A DNA stretch of 64,000 bases from IMG/VR virus record IMGVR_UViG_3300045988_082153, positions 1-64,000 of that record, one strand, 5' to 3'. This stretch comes from a virus. Under the pieces are notes generated by a model that was not told where the DNA came from, made no database searches, and saw only the letters and a program-made list of their open reading frames with translations. A program made the translations under genes and the position numbers. This document shows, piece by piece, positions 17,001 to 29,000 of this stretch (positions are counted from its first letter, which is position 1; each line of letters begins with the position of its first letter).

Positions 17001-20000
17001 AGCCGCATACGACCAAGCACGTCTGCTTTGGGATAAGGTGGAGAAAGGCGATACCGACGCTAAGGCCGAGGTAGATGCCATTACTTTGCGTATGCAGGAG
17101 GCTTACCAGATGTGTGAGGATGCCTTCGGTGCTGACGCTGAAATGCGCATTGCAGAAATAAACGAAGACCCTTGGCCGCTTGTCAACAATCCGGAACTAA
17201 GCGAAGACCAGCAGGACGCTGTACTCTACTATGTCAATGCCAAGGCAGCAATGGAGGGCGTTATGGACGCTTCCAATGAAGCCGCCGACGGCAAGCGCAA
17301 GGAGGTTGAAGCCAATGTGGAGCGACACACCCATAAGGATATGGGCGTTGTCCAGCCTGCAACCATGAAGGTTGACGACAAGCCGGTGTACGTTGTCAAG
17401 GGCAATGTCGTGATGCTCCCCGATGGTTCCGGCATTGACGTGCGCAATTCGGATCAGAGTATTGTTATCTGTGATGCAGAGACTGGCGAGTATAAGTTTG
17501 CCAGCCCGGACCAACTGTTCTCTCTTGGTGAGGCCATCGACCCACAGACAGAACTCGATGAGGCATACGCAAACATTCAAGCCGAGCACGAAACCGTGCT
17601 TGGTGTACCAGAAAACGGTGAAAACGTACAGGGAAACGGTGAAAACGTATCACAGCTTACCGATGAGCAGTTGCAACAGTACGCCCATAGTGCCTTCAAT
17701 GAAGCCACACAGAGCAACGGTATCACCATTCCGCAAGAGCAAGCCGAGCAGTTGCAGCAGCACAACCAACAGATGTTGGAGCAGGAACAACAGCGCAAGG
17801 AAGAGGAGGCAAACCGCCAGCCTACCGCATTGGAGCATGTACCCATCAACGAGGAAACCGGTGAACCGATGTTTGAGAAGGCAGACCGCGAGACAGCCCT
17901 TGATGCCCTCAATGAGGTTACCGGAGGTAACGATGAAAATACTACCGCCATCGTGAGAGCGCAAGTAGAACAGGCTACCAAGGCACTTGAAGCGTTGAAG
18001 AAGAAGGAACCCACAAAGAAAGCTCCTTCTCTGAAAGGTTCACCAATGGCAATGGTAAAGGCGCAGCAGGAAGCAGAGGCCAACTACAACACCGCCATGG
18101 AAGAGTATAACGCCCAAGTAGCCGCAGCAGAAGAGAACTTGAACGCATGGTCGCGCATCAACTCCCTTATGAATGACAGAAAGCGTGCTATCCGTGAGCA
18201 GCAGGAGGCAGAGCGCAAGGTTCGCGAGGAAAAGCTACACGCCGAAGCCGTTGCACGTCTGGAGGAAGACAAGCGCATTGCCGCTGAGAAAGCAGCCGAG
18301 CAAGAGGCCGTCGGCACTCATGCCGTGAACCCGAAGATAAAAGCAAAGTGGGACGGAGCCACCAAGGTTGAGGGCAATCCTAATGCTATCACCCTTGCAG
18401 ATGGTTCTACAATCCGTGGTCACTACGTCCTCACTGAGGCAGGAGCAGCCACAGCCAGCCATGACGTGAACAATGCCTACGAGCCTACTGAAGGTTTCCC
18501 GGTTGATGAGAATGGTGAGAGCGTGAATGACCGTGACTACAAGCGTGACAAAGACGCGCAGCGCATTGTTAGGGATATGGCAGACAGCTACGACAGCAGA
18601 GCTTTGCAGACACCAGTCATTGTCAGCAAGGACGGCGTTGTGCTTTCGGGCAACAACCGCACTATGTCGGGCGAAATTGCAGCAAAGAACGGCACAGACA
18701 AGGCGTATGTGGACCACTTGCGCGAGTTTGGAGCCATGTTCGGTTTCACTCCCGAGCAGATAGACGGCATGCAACATCCGCGTGTTGTCTTTGTTCCAGA
18801 TGAGGAACTGCCATACGATGCAAGTACGTTTGCACGCTTCAACGCAGAACAGCAGAAGAAGCAGAGCAAACCTGAGCACGCCGTGAAACTTGGCAAGATT
18901 GTTCCTGACAATGTGTTCACAAGCATCACCAATGACATCAGCCGCTTTGACCGCATGTCGGACTACTATGCCGACGACAAATCAGTGGCTTCTGCCATCA
19001 GTCAGTTGTTGGATGCAGGAGTTATTAACGAAATGCAGTTGCCGGAGCTTCGCACTGGCAATGCTTTGTCGGCAGCAGGTAAGGAACTTATCGAGAACAC
19101 ACTTATAGGCAAGGTCTTCCAGACTTCGCCCGATGCCGTGCGTCAGATTATCAGCACACTGACACTTCGTCAGTCTGTTGTTATGGGCTTGAACGAGATT
19201 GCCAATAACCGCACACTTGCCAAGAGCGGCTATGACCTTAGCAAGGAATTGGCAGCAGCCGTTGATCTTGTGAGTCGTGCCAAGTCTGACTCGCCCGAAA
19301 TCTATAAGGAAGGTATGCCGGTATCTCCTTACGGCAGACAGAAAGGGCTGTTTGACGACGAATACGGAGACAGTCGTGTAACCGATGGCGTTACGTTGCT
19401 CCTTGCCGACCTGCTGAACAGCGGAAAGCCGAGCGACTTGCGCAAGGTTCTCTCTACATACAATAATGAGGCTGCATCACCTGCTGCAGGTCAGATAGAC
19501 ATGTTTAGCGGTGACGTGAGCTCTAAGGAAGAAATTCTCAAAAATGTAAACGAATATTTCAGAAATGCTACACCAAAAGAACAACAAGCCCTCATCGACG
19601 CAGCCGTTGCAGAACGCAAACGGAGAGCAGAAGCCGCAGAGCCAGCTGGAGGAGACGAGGCAAGCGAACAAGCTAAGGTTGTTGCTGGGAGCGATGCAGA
19701 GCCTCAACAGCCAGTCGTAGCCAGTGAAGAACCAGCTAAGGGTAACAATCCCGATGCCGACGCATTGGCGAAGGAAGCCGAAGAAAAACTGAGCGAGCGC
19801 ATCACCGACACAGACGACGAGTGGACGGAGCCAAGCGAATATGGCGAAATCTACAAGCATCGTATGTTCGTTGATGGCAAGGAAGTTATCAAGGTTGACG
19901 CTCCTGACAAGAGCAAGAATTATCCCGGAACCTATTATGAGATTGACGGCAAGCAGTTTGGCGACCTCTACGAAGTAGCCAACTATATTGACGGCAATGA

Positions 20001-23000
20001 GCAGCCGTTGTCTGCCAAGATTGAAGCAGCCTCAGCCGAAGTGAACACCGACCCCACCGAAGCACAAAAGGAAGCCGGCAACTACAAGAAGGGACATGTG
20101 CAAGTTGGTACGTTCGACATCACCATTGAGCAACCGCAGGGCAGCGTGCGTAAGGGCACTGATGCCGACGGCAAGCAGTGGGAAAGTAAAATGAACAACA
20201 CTTACGGCTACATTCGTGGTGCAGTGGGTGTTGACGGAGACCACATTGACGTGTTCCTCTCCAATGATATTGACGGTTGGAACGGACGCAAGGTGTATGT
20301 TGTGGACCAGTACAACCCCGACGGCAGCTTTGACGAGCACAAGGTTATGCTTGGCTTCAATGATCAAGACGAGGCTAAGGGCGACTACCTTGCCAATTAC
20401 GAGCAGGGCTGGGAGAATGGCCGCAGAATTGACATTACCGGCGTGAACCTCGAAGACTTCGAGAAGTGGATAGAGTCGAGCAAGCGTAAGACTAAGCCTT
20501 TTGGCGAGTACTCGTCGGTGAAGAAGGACGTTGTGGAAATCAATACACCAGAAGAAGCCGGCTATTCCATCACTCCTTCAACCTACACCAATAAGAAGGG
20601 TAAGACGAGCGATGTTTCTCTCCTTACCTTTGACAATGACTTGACAGCCGACCAAGAGCGTGCCGTCAAGGAGTTTGCCAAAGAGCGTACAGGCGAGGGA
20701 CGCTTTGCCCCTGCACGCGGTTGGAAAGACCGTGAGAGTGGTGGTTGGATGTTCCGTAGCGAAGAGGACGCACGCAAGGCCGCTGAAATGGTTGGTAATG
20801 AGCAAGCCGTAGCAGACAACCAGCCAATGACAGCGCAGGAGCTTCGCGATGCCGTGGAGCCGAAGAAGCCAACGGCAAGCAAGAAGACCGCAGCCAAGAA
20901 ACCTGCAAACCGCATAGAGAACGTGCCAACAGAAGAACCAATAGAGCCGGAGAAACCTAAGTATGAGGTCAGTGACGAGGAAATGAACGGATTGATGAAT
21001 GACATTCGTGATATTCTTGGCATTGGTGACGACGAGGGTGATGCCGGGGTTAAGTTCCGTGATCCGGACGAACTGACCGCAGAGCAGCGTCAGAAGCTCA
21101 TGTCAGTCGGTCAGCGTCTGGCCATGGCCATGGTTGAGCGTGGCAATGAGTCGTTTGGCAACTATGCTTCCATGATGGTTAAGGCTTTGGGCGACAAGGT
21201 ACGCCCTTGGCTAAAGGCTTTCTATGGAGGACTGGAGTATGTTCCCGGCTATGACAAATACGCCCTCACTCCATACGAAGAGGTGAAAGCCTTTGACGTG
21301 GAGAACTTCGACAAGCCTAACAAGGACGTGATGGCACAAGCCAACATGATAGTTGAGGAAGGCAAGGTACAAGTGGCCGCAGAAAAAGCAAACAAAGAAT
21401 TAAAGGCAACAAGAAATGAGCAACGAAAAGAAACCGAAAAGCAGACAGCAGCAAATACAGATGCTGTTGCAGTGGAAGCAGAGTCTGTTGCAAGCGAAGC
21501 AACGGCTCTCGCAGAAACTTCAAGCGACGAGCAAGCCCTCGCAGGAGCAGCAGAGCGAGTAGATGAAACCCTCAACAAGGTAAATGAGCAGCTTGCCCTG
21601 CTTGGCTACTATGAGGCTGACGAGGTAGAGAAGGACTACAACGAGGCATACGGCTACATGCGTAATGCTGAAAAGAAGGCCGTCAAGGATGCAGCCAACC
21701 TTGCAAGTCAGTTGATTTCTGATTTGAACCTTAGCCACTATGAGGCTTCTCACTCAAAGCAGACGGATAAGAAAGGCAATCGTAAGAAAAAGCCACTTGC
21801 AGTTTCCAACATTTCCCCTATTGGAGGTGATGTGTCTATACACCTGCCATTAGAAGAAGGACGCGAGCTGTATCTGACAATAGGCGTTGAGCCAAGAGCA
21901 GCCAAGGGTGTAGATGGCTTTGGAGGCAGCGACCTTGAAGTTACTCACATCATGTTCCGTGTTGACCATCCTGAAGGCACCGGCAATGACCGCTACGGTA
22001 GAAATGTCTTCGTTGACAGCAATGTTACGTATTCTGACCTTCTGAAGCAGGTGCAGCGTGAAGCCTACAAATATCTTATAGGTAGTGGCGTGACCAATGA
22101 AGGAGAGTATGCAGCAGGTGACAAGGTGCAGTATTCAACCGATGGTGGCCGCACATGGACTGATGCAGTTGTAGTGCAGCCGAACGATGAGGGCGGCATC
22201 CGCATTGACACCGGCCTTGCTCCTGTCATGTGGGTTAATGCTCATCCGGACCAGTTGCGTCATAAGCCGAGCGAGTCAGCCGAGCCGAAGCATGAAGCCG
22301 TTGGCGACTTCTACGAGGATGGTATTAACGAGGATGCCGTTGCGGCATTGCCAGAAGACACTGCTATACAGCTCCATGTTGTTGACATTCTCAATCCGGG
22401 CATGACCGACCATTCAATGAAATCGAAGATCGAGAGCCTCAACACGTTGCTCCCTAAAATTTCAGACAAGAAATTGTCGGAACTCGACAAGGAGTATGGC
22501 GACGACAAGGATATGGGCACCCATATCAAGGCAGAGGTGGCGAGACGTGCCAAGGATGGGGGCGTTCAGCCAACATCATCAGAGAAACCAGCAGACAAGC
22601 CAAAGCCTGCATCCAAGAAAAATGCAACTAAGAAAGTTAAACCAGAGCAGCCTGTAGGTGATTTGTTTGCCGGGCTGTTTGATAATACATCAGACAATGG
22701 ATTACAAGGAAATGATGAAGCGGTACGCACCGAAACAGTGCCAGCCGACAATGGTGGACAACAGCAAGGACTACGAGGAAGCAAAGAAAGTACTCGCAAA
22801 ACAGTTGCACAAGAAGGTGGAAGACCTGACGGAGGACGAGGAGGACAAAGCACTGGCAAAGATAGGGCTGTGTCCGCTGGACTTCATGGACTGACCGAGC
22901 CGAAGAACACACGCAACAACCATTCAGAGCGTGGCGCAGACCATGCCCCTACTTCGGTGAATGGCAGAATAGAGGCCAATATCAAGGCTATTGAATTGGC

Positions 23001-26000
23001 GCATGAATTACTTGAGAGCGGTGAGACAGCCACTCCCGAGCAGATGAGTGTGCTTAGACAGTTCAGTGGTTGGGGTGGTCTTGGAGCCGCTTTCAGCGAC
23101 GGAGGCTATGACTGGAAACAGCGTGAGCGTAACAAGAAAATACGTGAGTTGCTTGGAGAAGAAGCCTACGAGCAAGCCGTTATGAGTGCTAACAGTGCCT
23201 ACTACACCCCTGCATACGTTGTTGATACACTTTGGGACATTGCAAATCAGCTTGGTTTCAAGGGTGGCAACATCTTGGAGGGTTCTGCAGGTATTGGCAA
23301 CATTTTGGGACAGATGCCTACAACGGTAAGCGAGCGCAGTAACATTCACGCCATTGAGATAGACGGCACATCTGGCGGCATTCTCTCATTGCTCTATCCC
23401 GATGCCAAGGTGGAGATACAAGGTTTTGAGCAGACACGCATACCTAATGGCAGTGTGGATCTGGCTATTACCAATGTGCCTTTCGTTACCGGGTTGCGTG
23501 TGAATGACACCACAGGCGACAGTGACCTTTCTAAGAAGTTCCACAATATCCACGACTTCTGTATAGCCAAGAATGTGCGTAAGTTGCGTGAGGGTGGATT
23601 GGGTATCTTCATTTCTTCAAACGGCACACTCGATAACAGCAAGGCTTTGCGCGACTGGGTTGTGAACGAAGGAGGTTCGGACTTCATCGGAGCATTCCGC
23701 ATGAATAACAAGACCTTTGGCGGTACAACCGTCACGTCGGACATCATCGTTATCCGCAAGCGAGTGAATGGCCAGAAGTCGGCACAAGCCATTGACGTGA
23801 GCAGCATCAGCGGTGAGCGCACGGCCGAATATGAAGAACCGGGCGCACGCAAGGCCAAACAACTCTCCATGGACTACAACAAGTATTTCATCGAGCACCC
23901 AGACCACATGGCCGGTGAAATGCGCTTTGCCTTTGAGGAAGGTGATACATTCAGACCTACGAGCAAGGGACTCTACCCGGTAAGCGGCAAAGACCAAGGC
24001 AAGATGCTGGTTGATTTCGTTAAATCGTTCACTGAAGAAGATAGCAGCAAAGCGACCACTACAGATCACCACGATGTTTCACTTGTGCTTGATGCGTCAG
24101 CGGATGGCAAGAAACTTGGTGAAATGTATATGAAAGACGGCCAGATTGTTTTGGCCAGCTTTGGCGGTTACTATCCTCTTGAAGTGAACGACAAGAAGAT
24201 AAAGGGACACACCAAGCAGGAGTGTTTCACTGCTTATGCTGCCATCAAAAGTGCATTGGCCGATGTTATGCAGTACCAGACAGAGAACGAGAGTGACGCA
24301 GGACTGAAACCATTGATTGCCAAACTCAACAAGGCATACGATGCCTTTGTCAATACCTACGGCCATTTCAACAAAAACAACCAATTAGCATGGTTGCGCA
24401 ATGATGTGGACTATCCTAATGTGTTCTCATTGGAGACATATAAGGAGCAAGGAGACGGCAAGGGAGGCGTTGTCAAGACCTACGATAAGGCCGATGTGAT
24501 GAAAGGCCGTGTCGTGGAAAAGGAAAGCGAACCGCACCCAGAGAATGTTAAGGACGGTGTTGTTGTAAGTATGTTCAAGAACGGACGCATAGATGTTCCT
24601 TACATTGCAAGCCAGCTCGGAAAGAGTGAGGCGGAAGTGAAGCGTGAAATCATTGACAGCGGACTCGGCTTTGAAGACCCTACGACACGACAGATGGAAG
24701 TGTCATACCAGTATCTGAGCGGTAACGTTAGAGAGAAGCTGAAACAAGCTGAGGCCAACAATGAGAATGGCGAATACAGCAAGAATATCAAGGCATTGCA
24801 GGATGTAGTTCCTATGAATATTCCTGCACACTTGATAGACTTTACACTCGGTTCGTCATGGCTTGACCCAAAACTCTATGACGAGTATGTGAAAGAGCGT
24901 ACCGACATAGATGTGCATTTCACAGCAGCTGGTGGTACATGGTTTATGAAAGCCCCGACCTATGGCGTGAACGTTGAGAAGAACCGCGCAATGGGTATTG
25001 TGAGTGAAATGCTTAAGAAAACAATAATGGGTCATGAACTCATTTCAGCCGCAATCCAGAACAAAAGCATTATCGTGTCACGTACGGAAAAGCATTATGA
25101 CGGCACAACGGAAACCATCACAGACCGCGAGGCTACGGCAGCATGTGCAGCCAAGATAGACGAGATACGTCAGGACTTCAAGGACTGGGCGCGAGGAAAG
25201 ATGCAGAGTGACGCGGACTTGTCAGCACGCATGGAGCAAGAGTATAACGACCGCTTCAACAACTATGTTCCTATGAGCATACCTGACGATTTTGTACCTG
25301 AATACTTCGGTGGCGCAACACACAAGTTCAAGATGCGTTCACACCAAGGTAAGGCCATTGTACGAGGTACAATGCAACCGTTGCTGCTTGCCCATGAGGT
25401 TGGTACCGGCAAGACATTCACCCTTATCTCCACAGCAATGGAGATGCGCAGACTCGGTACGGCACGCAAGCCTATGATTGTGGTACAGAATGCCACCGTA
25501 GGACAATTTGCAGCTTCAGCTAAGGAACTCTATCCAAATGCCAAGATACTTACGCTTGAAGATAATGACCGCAATGCGGAAGGTAGAAAGAATTTCTATG
25601 CAAAAATCAAGTACAACGATTGGGATATGATAGTTGTACCTCAGAGTACCTTTGAGTTTATCCCCGACAGTGACGAGCGTCAGATGCAGTTCGTACAGGA
25701 CAAGATAGACGAGAAAATGCTTGTGCTTGAACAGATGCGTGAAGCAGACTCCAGCGGCAGAGACCCTATAACAAGGCGTGCTGAAAAGGAGTTGGCCGAC
25801 CTGCAAGCAGAAATGGCAGCATTGTCAGAAGGTATCTCAAAGAAGCGCACAGCCAACAATGAAAAGAAGAAAGCCGTTGCCAAGCAGAACGCAGCTGTCA
25901 AGGCGCAGGAAATGCTCGATCGCCGCACGGATGATGTGGAGAACTTTGATGATATGGGCATTGATGCTCTGCTCATTGACGAGGCGCACGAATACAAACA

Positions 26001-29000
26001 CCTCGGTTTTGCAACAGCCATGCAGCGCGGTGTGAAAGGTGTTGACCCTTCATACAGTAAGAAGTCGCAAGGCGTGTACTTGAAGACGCAAGCCATATTG
26101 GAGAAGAATAACGGTCGCAATGTTATCTTCGCCACTGGTACGCCTATCAGTAATACAGCAGCAGAGATTTGGACTTTCATGCGTTATCTCATGCCAAAGG
26201 ACACCATGAAGGAATACGGTATCTACTACTTTGACGACTTTGTGCGCAACTTCGGCAATATACAGCAGATGCCAGAGTTCAACACAAGCGGCAAGTTCAA
26301 AGAAGTGAACCGTTTTGCAGGATATGTGAACCTGCCCGAATTGGTTCGTATATGGTCAGGGGTAGCAGACACCGTGCTGACCAAAGACCAGACGGAACTT
26401 GTGAAGAAGATACCAGAAATGGAGGGCGGCAAGGCGCAGGACATCTATTTACCACAGACACGCGCTCTTCGCAGTGTGATGAAATATGTGCGTGAAGAAC
26501 TTGAACGCTTTGACCAGATGAGCGGCAAGGAGAAGAAGGAAAACAGCAGCATACCTCTCACTATGTATGGTATTGCTCAAGGAGCCGCTGTTGATGCCCG
26601 ACTTGTGGAAATGCACGCAGAGGATGATCCGAGGAGTAAGACTAACGAAGCCGTACGCCAAACCTTGCGTTCGTTGAAAGAGACTGACGACTATAAGGGT
26701 ACTGTAGCCATCTTTGCCGACCACTACCAGAATAAGCGCAGCGGTTTCAACCTGTATGAGGACATCAAGAAGAAACTCATCCAGCAGGGTATTCCCGAAA
26801 GCGAGGTTATCGTAATGAAGCCCGGCATGACCATCAAGAAGAAGTTGGAAATCTTCGACAAGGTTAACCGAGGCGAGGTGCGTGTTATTCTCGGTAGTAC
26901 TGCTACCCTTGGTACTGGTGTGAACATACAGGAACGTCTGCACACCCTTATACACCTTGATGCGCCAAACCGTCCGATGGACTACACGCAACGCAACGGC
27001 CGCATCTTGCGACAGGGCAATCTGCACAAGCAATGGAATAAACCAGTCCGTGTGCTTCGTTTCGGTGTGGAAGATAGTCTTGACGTAACTGCATATCAGC
27101 GATTGAAGACCAAAGGTGCGATTGCTGATAGTGTTATGGAGGGTGACCGACTGATGCAGGACAGCATGAATAACCGTGTGCTTGAAGAGGAAGAAGATGT
27201 GTTCGGCGACACAGTGGCCCAACTCTCGGGTAGTGAATACGCCCTGCTGAAAAACAATGCGGAGAAGAATGTGCGCAAGTACGAAAGTCGCAAGAAGCAG
27301 TGGGAAGCCGACCAAACCTATATTCACAATGCCAAGCCAAAGTTGGAGGGACAGATAAAGGCAGCAGAGCAACGGGCGGAGGAAGCTAACGCCCAGCTGC
27401 TTGCAGTGCAAAAGGCATTCCCCGATGGCAAGTTCACAGAGATAACTGTTGGCAAACTGAAATTTGCTTCGGTTGATGCCATGGCTGACTTCATCAAGGA
27501 ACACAACAAGAAAATCCTCGATGCAGTAAAGGCGATGAAAGAGAACCCCGGCAATAACGTCCAGACAAATACTCTTACTTTGTCATTGGGAGGTTACGAC
27601 TTTGTTGTCAAGACAGAGATGTCGCGAGAGACTGTGAACAATGGCGGACTGCTGTTTGCCGAGATACATCGTAGAATGAGCTACTCATGCCCTGAACTTG
27701 GTCTGAATAATGTTCCTGTAAAGCAGTCGCTATTGCGCAATGCCGTTGAGGACATCACCGAGAATGTAATCACAGGTAGGGACTTTGCCGAGCGGTTCGA
27801 CATTGCTACACGTATGGTACAGCACGGCAAATCAGAGTTGGAACAACTAAAGCAGCGTGAAGGTAAGCCGTTTGAGTTTGGAAAGGAACTTGAAGAAGCC
27901 AAGCGTCAGCTTGAGGAATATTCCGAGGCCATGAAGGTAGAAATGGCAGAAAAGGAGAAGAAATATGCCGAAATGGACGCAAGTGTAGAAGCTGCTTCAG
28001 ATGTAGTCACCGACGATGAGGACGAGACCGCAGAAGACAAGACGAAGTTCCGTTTGCTTGATGAGGATGATCCAAAGGCGATGGAGCTGGAGTCTTTGCC
28101 GGAGAGTGAGTTGGTTCCTGTTTACCGTAATGTGCAAGCCTTTGAGGATGATGCACTGGGTTCACCTATGGCATTTACCGATGCCGAGACAGGCGAGCGC
28201 AGAACATTGGAAGGCAGACGTTGGAACTATTCTGCACCTCCAAAGGTGGAACTCTCCGAGGAGCAGCAGCGCAAGTTGGACGAACTCAACAAGAATGGCT
28301 ACATCATGGTTGACGGCAAAAAGAGTACAGAGTTGCAGATCAATGACGGTCTGAAATTCGTGAAGCCTAAGACCAAGGAGGCACAGTTGCAGTACTTCCT
28401 GAAGAAGAACCCCGAAGACAAGGGCTTGTGGGCAGCATACGACCCATACGACCATGCCATTGAAACTCCGCTGAACACGCAGTTTGGCGAGGCATACAAG
28501 AGACCGAACCTTGTTGTGGTGCGTAGCCTCATCCCAAAATCGGAGATAGACGAGCCGTTCCACGCAGACTATGCTCTGTTGCCTACCGGTGCCCATCAGT
28601 GGAACAATGGTCGCACACTGTATCTTTCACGCTGGAGCAAGATAGACAAGGTGCTTACCCGTGAGGAGGAAGCTAAGCTCATTGACGAGTACTGGAAGAA
28701 GCATCCGGGAAAGCGTGAGGAGCTAAAGACCCACCGTGACTACAACCGTTTTGTGCCACAAGTGCGCATAGAGTTGGAGAAGATGGGTTACCGCTTTGAA
28801 CTTGATGGCAAGGAGTTGACACCGGAGGAGAGTCTTGCACTCGACAAGCAGAACTGGGAAAGCCGCGATGTTATCCCCGGACGCGAGGGACACACTCCAT
28901 TCGTCAGCAACGAAGACATAGCACGCATCAATGCGAAGATGGCCGGCAAGTGGGTAGGCGAACCGAAGGAAGCAATGGAAAGTGCAATGAGCGATAGAGT

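Noticed and set aside
17613-17649. Short 21-nt-period duplication AAACGGTGAAAACGTA x2 (ENGENVQGNGENV) in the giant gene
   Set aside because: A minor in-frame microduplication in a linker region, with no further structure.
26449-27504. 351-aa minus-strand ORF inside the giant gene
   Set aside because: It is antisense to the helicase C-terminal motifs (ILGSTATLGTGVNIQ, QRNGRILRQGN), which are unambiguous on the plus strand. The antisense translation has no recognisable features.
28100-28800. Possible ADP-ribosyltransferase (R-S-E) domain in the giant protein
   Set aside because: Only a VYRNV motif is visible, with no convincing STS or catalytic E-x-E/Q-x-E in the right spacing. Left unassigned.
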